From the NCBI RefSeq assembly GCF_963853765.1, contig NC_088856.1, forward strand, positions 48,112,001 to 48,176,000: DNA of 64,000 nt, in the 5' to 3' direction. Positions 1 through 13,229 of the stretch are shown here, in pieces. Under the pieces are notes generated by a model, which made no database searches, was not told the DNA's origin, and saw nothing but the letters and a program-made list of their open reading frames with translations. The number at the start of each line of letters is the position of its first letter. The stretch's first letter is position 1. This DNA is from Magallana gigas (Eukaryota). A program made the position numbers and the translations under genes.

Positions 1-348
1 GGATGATACACTTGTTTTGATTCCTCTTCCAAAGGACAGTCCTTTGACAATCATTGACTTGCGTAAATACTGCTTGGCGTTTAAAATAATTTGCATTCCA
101 TTTTGTCCGCTATATCATTAATCACAGAATCTATATTATCAAAAAAACTTTACAGTTCTCTTAATTCTTTAAATAAAATACAAATGTTAATTGTTAATGT
201 AATGATAAGTATTGTCATAGTATTACATGTTTACAAAGACAATCGATGAGAATTCTCATCACAATATATCAAAAACGACTAGCCAAAATTGGTCAACTAG
301 ATTTTGATTGTTTAATTTTGCAGAATAGAAATATATATAACATATATA

Positions 349-2292
349 CAGACCCTGAAATGTACTACTACACCACACGATCGCTGCACGCTCGCTACAC
401 GCTCGCTAAACGGTTCACACGAAACGCTGAACGGTTTACACGAATCGCTGCACGCTTTGCCTGAAACGCTAAACGATTTACACGAAACGCTAAACGGTTT
501 ACACGAAACGATTCTCGCACGAAACGATTTGTTCGCTTTTTACACGCTTTGGACACGCTTTTATCCTGATCGATTCGGGTCCTCTCGTATTTTTACCCTG
601 ACTCTGTTAGTAAGAATTAATTTTAAGAAAACACGAAATAATAGAAATACTGATATTAGAAACATATATGTACATAAGTATTGAATTGATTGATTAAATT
701 AATTTGGTACTTATATTTAAAGCAAAAAATTATTTATTCACAGAATTAGCAAAAAATATTACTTTTATAAATATTTTTATTGCTCAAAAGAAATATCCAT
801 GATTCTTATTAGTGCCGTAAATAATAAAAAATTCAGAGAAAAAAGTTACCGTAACACAATATTCAATACCAAAAATAAAATCCGTATGATTACAAACTGA
901 TATCCGTTTTTCAATATTCGATGGGATTTGTTTTTTCTTCTCACATTAATATTTTTATTGGTTTCAGAGAATACGTTGTAAAAATACTAACTGTAAATAA
1001 ACCTGTGATTATTTACATTGATAATTTGGTTTTTCAGTATTCGGCGGGATTTGTTTTTTTCCTTCTAACATTAATATTTTTATTGGTTTCAGAGAATACG
1101 ATGTAAAAATACTTACTGTTAATAAACTTGTAATTATTTACATTGATAATTTTGAAAGTTATGTAAAATATAATTAGTCACATAAGTTAGAAAAATGCTA
1201 TAAAACAACCGACTAATTTTTTTTTATGTCGAATCATTCACGTAAATAAATGTTTCGTACATAATATCACAGAGAAAAATCAATGGATTAAACAATAAAG
1301 AAAGTTGTCATTTCTATTTCGGATTTCGGAAAGAACAAAAACTAAAAAATGATTTAGATTTTTGTCTCAATATTCGTATACATAACCTGCGCTTCGCATA
1401 ACGGCGTACAATATATCTATCATAATCTATTTGAATTAAGTACCATGCATATAGATTCCCATAATAATTAATTGCATGTGTACATTTTAGGACAATTTCA
1501 GTGTGTTAATACTTGTTGTTTTCCGTTATCAGTGTTTAAATAATTAAAATAATAAGTTGTAGAAATATTTTAATCGGGATTCAAAAGAATTTCCTTCCCG
1601 CATTTCATAGAAATGAACAGTATATTTTCTTTCTATGTTTACATTTAATTTTGTTCAAATTAATGTTAAATAATCTATCATTGAAATTGTGTGCATCATC
1701 GAATACTGATTCCGACTACCTTGAAGTCATTCAATTTCTATTGGCTATTGACAAAAAAAGAGACGCGTGACCATCCAATGAAAACGAATACACAGAGTTT
1801 GATTGACAGGTTCAGCCAGGTGCAGGTCTTACCCGATGTCCGAGGTTATGTGTACTGGTTGTACACAGCCGAATAGTCTCAGTAACTAGTCTTCTTTCAA
1901 TACGCGTAATTAATTCAATTTTGTAAAAAGATAAGTAAATCATTTCTTAAAGATTTTTTTCACGAGAATATCTCAAAGGAGTTTTGCCAATCAGTTTAAA
2001 GTAATGTTTAACACGAGTGCTATTTTGAAACAATTAAATTTTCAGAGAGTTCCGAATGAAATCTGATGAACGTTTCACACGGTTCTCGCACGCTTTGCCC
2101 GAAACAACAATTTACACGCTTTGACCGAAACGCTGCACGCTTTGCCCGAAACGCTAAACACTTTACACGAAACGCTTCACGATTCACACAAAACGCTTAA
2201 CGGTTTACACGAAATGCTAAACGGTTTACACGAAACGTTTCTCGCACGGAAGTCGCACACTTTTTTGGTGTAGTAGTACGTTTCAGGGTCTG
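349..2292. mobile_element. Non-autonomous DNA transposon, 1944 bp, 27-bp TIRs, TA/TATA target duplication
   Basis: CAGACCCTGAAATGTACTACTACACCA (349-375) is the reverse complement of 2266-2292 with 1 mismatch; TATA flanks both ends (345-348, 2293-2296); subterminal ~21-bp repeat arrays at both ends; no transposase ORF. Confidence 0.8.
915..1151 (+). repeat. Two-copy tandem duplication, period ~123 bp, inside the TIR element
   Basis: TATTCG...GGGATTTG...TTTCAGAGAATACG...TTTACATTGATAATTT starts at 915 and again at 1038. Confidence 0.8.
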
Positions 2293-2728
2293 TATAATAA
2301 ATAGATATTTTATATAGTTATTTACATTTCATTGCTAATGTTTCCTGCATAATTCTAATATGTGGTGCTTTCCATTTAATTTTTAAAATAAAAATGTTGG
2401 TTTATATACATAATTATATCTACCCTATACTTGTCTACTTTATAAAATAAATTTGATTTTATATCTAGATCTCCAATGCATTTAAAATTTAATGAATATT
2501 TATAGCCTATAAATACGCATATAATATCTCCGAATTAAAATACAGTACCTGGTAATAATGCTTTGTTTCAATTCATTAACTTTCCATGTGATCTTGTATG
2601 CATTTTAATATGTCCCAGTCTGTTGTAAAATGCCTGAAGAGGCACCTTTCGGGGGCAATTCAAAGAAACCACATGGTTGTATTTTATTGTCTTGTTCTTT
2701 GATACCACCTTTAGATGAAGAGTGTACA

Positions 2729-2840
2729 TGAAACTTTACCTGACACTTTACACACATAACGTTGGTGTAGAGTGTACATGGAATTTTGCAATGACACTAT
2801 ACACTTTTACTTATAGGTGTAATGTGTCAGTAAGGTTTCA
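2729..2840. repeat. Imperfect inverted repeat (degenerate hairpin MITE)
   Basis: TGAAACTTTACCTGACACTTTACAC (2729-2753) resembles the reverse complement of 2817-2840. Confidence 0.45.
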
Positions 2841-3534
2841 GTGAACGCTACAGACAAAATGTTAGAGTAGAAAGACGGTCGCTATCGGCCATCGCAGGAG
2901 AAAGATGTTGAATTCATAGAACAAATTTAAAAACTGTTTTTGACATATCAAAATAAATTGGAAGTTCTTATCAACAGAAGTTTAGACTTTAATCCTTAAT
3001 CCCAGGTTTTAAGGAAATATAAGTTAACATTACCATCTTTCGTAAGAAAAATAAAATTACAGCAAGCTGTTCCTCAAAAGATAAATTGGGAATATCTATG
3101 GACTCAAAATAGTAGAAAAACTAATGTATTTAGAATGGGGATGATTAACCGTTTTTACTAAACGGGGTTTTTGCACCCCTTGATATAAACAAAGGTTCGT
3201 GCCTTAAATTTTAACTTCCCCTGTATCATCACCCTTTATTTCACCCTTTATCATGCCCTTTTATTACACCTATCCAGGACACCTTTGCACTTTTCATTCA
3301 GAGTACCTTGGATATTTTTCTTTTTATAGATTCATATAGATCTGCAGTTTCAACTATGACGTAATGACATGAACAATTTGTTATTGATGAAGTCATATTT
3401 ATAAATTTTTAGCCTCAAAAAATATGCTGCTTCGAGGAAACAAAGAAATAGAATAACTATGAATAATACTTTTTATCAAAGAAATAAATAAAGATAATTT
3501 TTTCAAATATACATGTACAATAACATAAAAAAAC

Positions 3535-3664
3535 AATACATGTCAAAATCTGTATAACACCCAAATCAACCCTCAACCAATATCAGGTCTCTGGCCTTTG
3601 GCCCTCGGGCTTATATTTAAGTCTCGGGTTGATATGAGGTGCGATACAGATTTTGTCATGTATT
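3535..3664. mobile_element. Palindromic MITE-like element (~38-bp arms)
   Basis: AATACATGTCAAAATCTGTATAACACCCAAATCAACCC versus reverse complement of the right arm AATACATGACAAAATCTGTATCGCACCTCATATCAACCC. Confidence 0.65.
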
Positions 3665-3803
3665 CTTCAATATTATTACTTAAATCATACAACGGAACGA
3701 AACCCACAGTCATTGTAACTTAATGAATTAAACTTAAATAATGTGCTGTAATCAACGTTAGTGCTGAACCTTTCAAATTTCTTGTAAAATACTGAAGGTT
3801 TAC

Positions 3804-4817
3804 CTTTGCGCTGACTTTGGGACAGGGGACTTTCTGGTGGATGTAGTAGGGCCCGAGCTGTCCTTTACCTTGGTGACAGTCATTGACAGCGAGGTTAAAC
3901 TGACGCTCCACATCTGACATCCGGTACTTGCAGACAACGCTTGACACCAGTCCCCTCCTACCTTCCTCGCCCCTCATTTTCCGGAACACCATATACAGGT
4001 TCCCCGTTTTCTCATCAAAATCAGCCCCCTGCACAATGGAGTGATCGTTCTTCCCACAGACCACTGGAAAATCTACCAAGGTGTCGATGGTGGGGTTCGA
4101 TTTACAGAGTCGAGTGATCCGGGATTCTTTATCGTAAAACCTAGAGATGAAGTAGACGAAGTTTCCGTAGGAAAATCCGTGGATAAATTTCAGGTGAGCT
4201 TCTGTCTCGTTACTTTCCCTTGTATAAATGGACGTCTGAACACCGGAAGAAGTGGTGGTTAATTTCAGAGTTTGCGGATTTCTACTGCTCAACATGAGGA
4301 TGGAGTTAGAGAGATACTCTGTATCGGCCACACCGTATCTGAGTGTGTACCAACTGGCTATATACAGTACAGTCCTATTGCCAACACCAGACCCCAAGAA
4401 CAACACATTGGGAGATGGGTCGTTGGACACCATTGAGGGCAGGTAGGGGGTCTTCACTTCCGACAGGTCGTCTACAGACAACACCTGACACGACCCCTGG
4501 GACACAGTTGAACACAGAATGAGGCTGGAGTCCCCCTTGTTGATCACTAGACCTTTCACAAACACATTCACAGAAGTCTGCCCGACCCCCTGAGACACGG
4601 GTCCGATGCTCCGTTTCTGAAGCACAGTCAGTTGCGGGGACAATTTGTACACTAGATTTTTGGATCCCAGTATCACTTGTCCATTTCGTGAGTTTATAAC
4701 TGGTTTTTCGAACGTTGGATTTTCTTGGTCGTTGGAGAACACATTTTCGATGTTCATGCTGGACACCTTCTGGATTAGGTAGACAATCCAGAATATGTAT
4801 ACTGATCTTACTGCCAT
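3804..4817 (-). CDS. Plexin-type (plexin/MET family) receptor, first coding exon: signal peptide plus most of the Sema domain; gene incomplete in window
   Basis: N-terminal hydrophobic signal MAVRSVYIFWIVYLIQKVSS; Sema motifs LILCSTVSQGSCQV, FIHGFSYGNFVYF, SRITRLCK, FPVVCG, VCKYRMSDVERQF...DCHQG; acceptor TTTCCACAG 5 nt before the ATG (exon starts 4822); donor AAG|GTAAAC at 3804/3803, phase 0. Confidence 0.85.
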
Positions 4818-5482
4818 ACTTTCTGTGGAAAGTGTTGACTAAAACTGTAAATATAGATTGATTCAATAAACCCACGAAAAATTAAGATCAAAAACTTAAG
4901 ATAGTTTAATTTTTTGTGAAATATAAAAACACACACGTTTTTGCCTTGTTAAGACTTGCAAATGAAACTGGCATGGTTTTAAAATATCTGTTACTAGCAA
5001 GATGCAGTGACATTTAGTCTTAATGGGTTAAACAATCGTTTTCAACTGAACAAAAACAGCATCACTCTTTGAGGGGAACTTGTTAAAAGTCTCTCAAGAG
5101 CATTCAGTTTTTCTGACATATGTTAAAACCAGAATTATCCATTTTTGCCAATATTGTTATTGGTTTCAGGGTTTTTCCTTCGCAGCGTGTTTATCATTTT
5201 AAGTTAAAATTCGTTGAAAAAAATCCTGATCTTTACAATGTTATCACAACAATTTTCCAAAACTTTTAGCTGATCCTGTTTGCAGCTTGATCTGAACATG
5301 GAACAGCATGCCCTGGGAGAATTAACACAGACCCGAGCATCTGTAGTAACACTGGAAGATACATAGACTTCTTGCTGTGTTAAACAAATACAAGCACACA
5401 CAACACTAATTTAATCTTACAAACCTGATCAGCTGATGCCCTAACACATCTGTCCACTTCACACTGATGTTAAGTCAATCCA

Positions 5483-5597
5483 GTGTTAACTCAAATCCGA
5501 TGTTTACCAAAATCCTACTCAAATCCTGGTGTTAACTCAAATCCGATGTTTACTCAAATCCAATGTTTAACTCAAATCCAAATTGTTTACTCAAATC
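5483..5597 (+). repeat. Minisatellite, ~18-bp unit TGTT(T)AACTCAAATCC(G/A)A, ~6 degenerate copies
   Basis: ACTCAAATCC recurs in tandem. Confidence 0.7.
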
Positions 5598-6249
5598 AAA
5601 GAGAGATTCACAAAGCCTCTATCTTCCTGAAAAACAAAAACAAAAAGCTATTAAAACTCAGAATGATACAGGAGAAAAAATATCATTAGGTCTCTAAATT
5701 TCTATTCAACAGAGTCATTTATTATCCCCACCTCAATTATACAGAAGCACCATGAACAATTTCCTCCAAATTACAGGGGCTTAGAACTTACAAGTCCTGC
5801 ACCCTAGTCATCACTCCTTCCACATAAGCGAAGGCTTCAAACAGATCAGTCGGCTTCTGTATCAAAAATCGCTCAATCTACTGCTCTCCACACAAATGCT
5901 AACCGCATGTTACCATCTTTTATTTATTTTTTTATCATAACTTTATCGTCTACTGCTGCAGTGCTTTTTTCTTTTAGTGCTCCTGTAAGAACCCCCCATT
6001 ACACAGGGAAGAACAAGGGAAGTGCTCAGTCTCTGTGAAATCCCTTCCTTTTTAACATACAAAGCCTGTTTGCTAGTGATGACTTCATTGAACACCAAGA
6101 GAACATAAATCAAGACAGTTGTGAGCCTACTCATTCAGCCCTGTCTATTAAACTCTCTGTCAGATAAAGGTGCTGTACATGATCAGAACATCAGTAAAAA
6201 AAAAAAGAACATTTCTATTGATTCTATTGATCCTCCAAAGACTCCGTTC

Positions 6250-6640
6250 ATTTTCAAAGACATGAAACTTTCAACTATCAATACGATTCCCTGCATGTTT
6301 AAAATTAATTTAAAATCAAATACAAGCTTGAAATTATTTACAGTTGTTCAGCTCTTTAACAGATGCGGCTCTTTTTTTTTTTTTAATATTTTAAAATGAG
6401 AAAGATTCTTTTCATTTTCACAGACATGAAACTTTCACCAAGTAAGTAATAAAAACAAAGATTCTTTTAGTTCCCCTGCATATTCAAAATTTATTTGAAA
6501 ATGAAATACAAGCTTGAAGGAATTTTCCATTTGTGAGTTCTTATTAGCAGCTCTTTTTTCAAACAGCCAGACATAATTTGAAATCAAATACAAGCTTGAA
6601 AAAATTTACACTTTATCAGTGCAAAAATAGCAGCTATTTT
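6250..6640 (+). repeat. Degenerate tandem repeat, ~170-190 bp, 2 copies plus a partial third
   Basis: GACATGAAACTTTCA twice; AAAT(C/G)AAATACAAGCTTGAA three times in the same order. Confidence 0.5.
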
Positions 6641-6949
6641 TTTTAATTACTGAGATTTCAGAATTTTGTTCTATAACATGTACAGTTGGGATTTCATTTG
6701 ATATACAGAGTTTGAACCTGACAAAGCATTTAGAAATGTTCAATATCCAAAATTACTGTAAAACATAAACTCCCAGAAGGGCCCAGTGTTTCAGTTGTCT
6801 TTAATTATTCATCATTATAAGGCAGGTTGTATGCAAAAATGATTACAAAGTTCAAATGCAATATGTCATTCAAACCATTTTCAACTTCTTCATCTAAAGC
6901 TATGAAATGGTTTTTCTATTTGAAAAGAGATGAGAAATGTTACTATCAC

Positions 6950-7312
6950 CATTCTAAAAACTTTCTGAATCCAAAGCCACTTCCAGTTTTTTTCCTCTCT
7001 CTCCCTACACATTTTCATATAATAAACATATAAAAATGAACAATAGTTATTATCTACATACATCGTAAAATCTTTCTGAATTCACACTCTCTTCTAGCTT
7101 TTTTCTCTCCCCGTATGGATTTCCAAATAAAGAAAATAAGAAGTGGAGAGTATAAGTTATTATCTACTGGGTAGTATATATACCCGGTATATATACACGA
7201 TTATTCCAGATTCTAAAAACTTTCTGAATCCATTCAAGCCCAGTTTTTTTTTCTCTGACTCCACGGATTTCCGAGTAAATTAATGGGAAGTGGACAATAG
7301 TTATATTAGTAC
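6950..7312 (+). repeat. Degenerate tandem repeat, ~110-140 bp, 3 copies
   Basis: AAA(A/T)CTTTCTGAAT...pyrimidine tract...AGTTAT(T)AT repeated three times. Confidence 0.5.
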
Positions 7313-7705
7313 CGGCTCTGAGTCAGCTTGCACAGTACAATGCTTTTCCGCCTCTATACACCCGGATTCCAATTGTTTCATGTTTACATCAGACTGACAA
7401 TCTTGTTGCAACATCATCAGCAAGCTCAAATGGGCAGATAGGGCCCATAGGCTTCATTGTGACTGACTAATTCTCAATTAGATTATTGATCTCTGAGTTT
7501 TTTGTCTGATGAAGTGTAATTGAATTCATTAAATAGGACAACCATAAAAGTCATTCTGTTGAAGCAAATTTATTTTGACAGAAGTGATTAGATGAAGGTT
7601 ATAGGGGCTGTTGAAATATTACACCGCTGATAAATTCAATAGATTTTCTGAAATGTGAATAATTTGGATAACAGTGTTACCAGTGTTAACTGATAATTTC
7701 TGTTT

Positions 7706-7708
<3 letters not shown>

Positions 7709-7741
<33 letters not shown>
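7709..7741 (+). repeat. (GA)n microsatellite
   Basis: Direct reading. Confidence 0.95.
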
Positions 7742-7742
<1 letters not shown>

Positions 7743-10700
7743 ATGCATCCATATACATACACTCAATGAGAAAGAAAAATAGAAAAAGAAAGGGTTAAGA
7801 AAAAGAATCATGATGAGAGAGTCTGTATTTACATACATGAATATCCACTCAAAGATAAAAGGATAACAGAAAGAGAGAAGGAAACACTCTGAAATAGAAA
7901 GGAAAACATGGCAGGAGCTCAGGAGAGAGAAAAACGCTACAACAAAAGAGAATGCAGGGGATTATAAATTAAACTGCAAAATGCTTACCAGTAAAATTCC
8001 TCGCTATCCATGTACCCAGTTAGCAATAGAGGAGTTTTTCATTTAAACAGCTGTCTGCGAATCTATACACAAGAAGCCACATTAACATTCCTCTGCCTGT
8101 AATTTCCGACCTGCACACATTTTAATGTCTGCAAGAAAACGCAATTATATCCAGGTTATTTGTACATAAACTCAACACACATTCATCCCATCTCAAACAT
8201 GTTTAAGAGGAAAACATCAAGAGTACAGGGAATAACAAGAACCAGGCTGAGGTTTAGACGAGACGTTTTAACCTATCCATCAGGGGTATAAATCTGATGA
8301 TCTCGTGAGGCCCATGAGCCTTTTACACAATTTTTCCCCTCAGCAAAATTATACAAAACAAAATGGATGATGTATAATCACCGTCATTTTTAATAAAACT
8401 TTTCATTAAAAAAATATTCTTTTTACATGGTTTATTGTTTGGGGTTAAAAGGTGGATTTGATCTGATGTGTCGCGAATTATTATATTACCTTATCACGTA
8501 CTTGTCCATTATATTGTTAGTTTTTTGGGAGTGTCAAGAGAACCACAGACTAATCTATGAGAGATCAAAGAATCTTACTCATACATAATATGACATAATC
8601 TTAAAAGACATTCTCCCCCGAAAAAAATCAATTTCCCCACTACATGAATCCATAACTTTTCCGATCCGATCGAGACGTCTGTCTCATTTTACCCCCCACC
8701 CCCCTCGTAGACAGCCTGCTTTCTTACTGGGGTCCAGGAATTGAGCTCGTTCAAATATCAAAGAGACTTAGAGAGGAATTTAATTTGCATCAGCTGCACC
8801 GATCAATAAAATTAGCGCTGCATTTCACAGACTGCTAACTTTGTGCACAACAGCACTGCACCAGTCCTCCGATGCATTCAACTTCTCTCTCTGACAGAAA
8901 AAGCAAAGGTATGGAAATGAATGTGACTCATCTTATTATAACATGATGAACACATTTCTACCACCGTCAATAAAGGATTCTGTTCACCGAGACACATCAG
9001 ACAGAAATCAAGTCATGAAAAATTAAACCCAATAGAGACTCGTTATTACATTCTTTTTATGAGGAATCTCTGATCGAGCAATATCTTTAGTGGTATAGTT
9101 TCGTTACATTTTTTTGGAATTCATAATTTTCACTACATATTGATTTAGTCCGTATGAAGAGTATGCAGAACACAATTCTTGGCAGCACAATCGTGCATGA
9201 TAAACTACAAATGACAAATGACCTACAAACACGAACACATTCATACATGATTTTAATATGTAAAATAAAGTTATGTACTTCATTCTTGTTTTCATTTGAA
9301 AAAGGAGAATTGATAAACATAATTAGGATTTAAACCATTTACATTTCCTTCTAGGAAAATGCCGTTGCACGTAAAATCCCCCATGAAGATTTTCAAAAGT
9401 TGCCACGTATGTATTTGAAAAAAAAAAAATAATCTATAATCTTCATACTATTGTAATGTCAACTGAAGCATGTCTTGAGGCAACTTTTTATTAAATTATG
9501 AACAACTAGTATTTTTCATTGATTGTAACGTTACACAATTGCGCTTTGTCAACTGAAGCATCAAGGGGTATCAGTCTATTAAATCATGTAAAATAATTTT
9601 GGAGATTATAGTAAGGAACTATTGCCACCAACCAATGTACTTATCACAATGCTAGCTATATAAAAGTGGAGGCAGTGTTTACTTTGTATATGTTGCAGAA
9701 GAATGGAGTTCAGGTCAATATAAACTAGATAGTGACTGTGTTCCTTTGCCAAGTGCTCAGCTTAAGATCGAATTAAAAGTTGTGCACAGCTAAGATAAGA
9801 CATTAAAATACTTATGTGTACACATTATAAACTGATCCCTCACTATTTAATGGCCCTGACTGTGCTCAGAACTTTTGAAGCTCTTTGTCAACACTGGTTA
9901 ATTCACGATTTAAAATGCAGAAAATATTTTCACAGAAACTCTGTGCAAAACAATTAATTCTAATAATCTAAATTAATAAGTTACAAATATGTAATATGTT
10001 TTAAAATCATGTCACTTCAATGTTGTATGCAAAAATAATAATAAATAATAAAAAAATAATAAACGGTAATACTGATTCAGAAAATCACTTGATAAAACTC
10101 TTGTAAATATTCTTGAAACTTTAATCATCCAGATCTGATGACTGATTTGAACAATCGAAACACAATCCTACTTTCAATAATTTTGCTCCTGTATTTACTG
10201 CCCAAAACAAAAAATTCATCGAAGTAATGCAATGACAAATTCTATCAAAAATAGCATTGCACTATCTGCAGACAAACAGTAAGTTTAGCATTGTACAAAT
10301 TATTCTACAGCAGGGCACATATTCTAGTATAAATTGATACGGGCCGGGATTTGTTGAATCAGCGATTTCCTCAGACATCATGGATGATCATTTGCTTGTT
10401 ATATACAACTAACCAGGGATTGTAAAAATAAACTGCGGAATGTCCAGATGTTTCTTTGCTTGGCTGTTTGACAATTTAAACTTTTTTGTTTGATTGTACC
10501 ATTGTTCTCTTTAACCACACAGAATACAAAACCATGCATGTTTCAATATCTCCTATGTAAATCCCCATTGTGCGAAATATATACAGATGATATTCAAAGC
10601 AATCTGAAACTAAATAGATGAGAAATACTTACAAGAAATTTTACCCTACAGATTTGAATATGTGCTGAATAAGATCAAAATGTGAGTTTAATACATAAAA

Positions 10701-12899
10701 TTATTATAAATTATCATATCAATAAAATATCATGACTGCAAAATTTCTCTTATCATTGACAAATTGGTGTACTTAGATTATAGACTTTTTAAAATACATA
10801 ATACATGTATTAATATATATTTTCTAAAAAGTTCTACCTAATTATTTGATCATTTTAAAAAAATTAAATACTTTTAAATTCATATAAATAAATCTACTTA
10901 AAACTGAGCCGACTATAGCAGTTTCTTCTATCATAATCAATGAAAATAAATAATTTAAATAAGCTTTTGATGCTCAAATGAAAAGCAAGAATTAAAAGAA
11001 AACCTGAAATATTTAAAATCCATCACCGATACATTGTGTATCATAAAATAAACGGGACTTAACATATTATTTTAGTCATTTTAAGCATGGGACTGATCTT
11101 AACCTTCTCAAAAACTCAAAATAATTTAAAGTAAATCACAATGAACCCTGTCAACTACATAAGTATCTCATTTTTACCCAAATTAATAAGCAAGGAAATA
11201 TCAATACACTTTAATAATAGTAATAATTGTAACAAATCTATACAATTTTTTTTTTAACTACATGTACCACAGTGCGATTTATATTGTTCATTTTTTTTTT
11301 TTTTTTTTTTGCTTTTGATTCATTCATTTATCAGACAAAAGCATTTTTAAATCAAAAGAGATCTAAAATAATTTTTTTGATATCATAAACCAAATAAACC
11401 CAGATTATCTTATCTTTTTTTAAAGTTTTTTTTTAGGATGACTCTGCATGTAATTTTAAGCATACAACACCATGATACATACCCCTAAAAGCAAAGTGTG
11501 AGGACACACAGGGTCGTACACGATATGAATGGAGGCAATATGAATCAATTGTTTTCCCTCTATCGTCCTCAGAGGTGACTCACCTCGCCTGTCAGCCTCA
11601 ACAGCCAAGCTTTGACTCATTAATAGGTTAGTGGTGGGATCAATACGAAATCAGGCCACCATCACAGGTGCCTAGAGAATTTAATTTCATTGTTTTCTTT
11701 TTAGATAAAAAAAAATTGTCTGCTCTGCTTTTGTTGGCTTTCAAAATAATGATTAATGAGTTAAAGTTTAGAATAAATTAAAGTTTACATGATTATTGTC
11801 CTGAAGGTAGAAATAATGTGATTTTTTTTTCGAAAAACATATATTAAAAACTTGATTTCTTTGTTGAGTAAATTAGGAGGTAAAATAACCAAAATAATGT
11901 TTACTTCTTATTGACACATTAACATATTATGTTAATCATCGAAATATTTTTAAGTCATTTTTTTTATCTTATAAAACCTACATGTAGTCAGAACCTCTGA
12001 TCGCCTCTTAGCATATCGAGTCCCCGGATCCCCGCCCTTAAAATAATCTGTTTGTATTCCATGCACCCAAAAACACGAGCCAATGAGCTGCCCTTAAATC
12101 CAACTAATCTACTGTTTATTTTTCCTGATTCCATAAATGCTGAGCAAATCTAAATAATACCTTAATCTATTTAATGCTACATGAAAGCAAATCTCGTGTT
12201 TACATTTTTTTAGCACAGCTGATATTTGATCTCCACGAGGAGCGATTAATTTTCACCGTCACACAATGCAATTAACACATTCAGTTATATTTTGTGTCCT
12301 TAAATTTCCCCTGTGAGTCTTCACTGCAAATCTAACAATGAAAACAAAACATTTATCGATGTTCATCGCACACTCACCTTAAACTTTACCGCAAACAAAG
12401 GCTATCCCGGCAAAAAGTTTTATTACCCTGCCGTTTCCGGTTTCTCTAATATCCCAGTAGGCCGACTTAACAGACAGGGAATATTCAAAGAAATAAATCT
12501 GTAATTAAAGCTTTATACATAACCTACTTTACTCCAAAAATATTCTTATACTAGAAATATGTATTTACCCTGCCATAGATTTTTTCGCGGTTTTTAGCTA
12601 ATCGGTTAGCTTAAAAATACAAAATTCCACAAGTCTGACAAGATGCTAATCGTCTGCTATATGTCGAGTTGTCGTCCTTATTAAGGCTCGTACATATTAC
12701 AGCTCGCCCGTGTTTTTGCGGTTTTTTATAAAACGAAGGGAATTAAATTTCAAGAGAGCAATAGTACTAAGGATTTTAAAGAATTGATCAAACAATAAAG
12801 GATTGTCTTTCAACAAAACATATCTACTTTTTTGAATTTTTGTTGTTCTTGTCACAACAAACTATGGAATTCAATATTATAAAAAAAAAATGCCAAAAC

Positions 12900-13229
12900 A
12901 ATGTGCCCTGTTTTTGTTTTCAAAGGTTCCATGTACCAGTAAAAAAATCTTTTCCCAGATTATTTGTCTATCTTTTTATTTATTTTAAGCATAGATATAC
13001 AATTCCTAACGTTTAACACATTCGTTTTAGGTTTAAAACTGAAATTTTTACTTCAACGTTCAAAATGTAAACAACGCTTTGTTTACATAGTGGAGCATTT
13101 CAAGCTCTGTAACTCGCTTGAGATCGACTCAAATTTCGGTTGCCTATTAAAAAATGCCTTTCTGAAGCATTGTAAATACTAAAATCGGAAAAATAATTTT
13201 TGACAAAAATCGTGACCATGCCCCTTTAA
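12900..13229 (-). mobile_element. One-ended TTAA-terminated non-autonomous DNA transposon (Kolobok/CryptonV-like), truncated
   Basis: Minus strand begins TTAAAGGGGCATGGTCACGATTTT, matching from memory an abundant oyster repeat; the opposite TIR is absent. Confidence 0.6.

Noticed and set aside
1-105. Possible next plexin exon on the minus strand (RTKWNANYF...DCQRTVLWKRNQNKCII)
   Set aside because: Open frame and an AG exist, but the polypyrimidine tract is poor, the similarity to Sema/PSI sequence is unconvincing, and it runs off the window.
246-684. ORFs of 72 and 75 aa at the window start
   Set aside because: They are translations of the 21-bp subterminal repeat array and its flanks.
2580-2708. 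Another possible minus-strand plexin exon (VVSKNKTIKYNH...)
   Set aside because: Plausible acceptor but no Sema-like residues; the acceptor overlaps a degenerate hairpin repeat.
4041-4875. ORFs 4041-4262 (+), 4252-4446 (+) and 4375-4875 (-)
   Set aside because: Shadow frames of the plexin exon.
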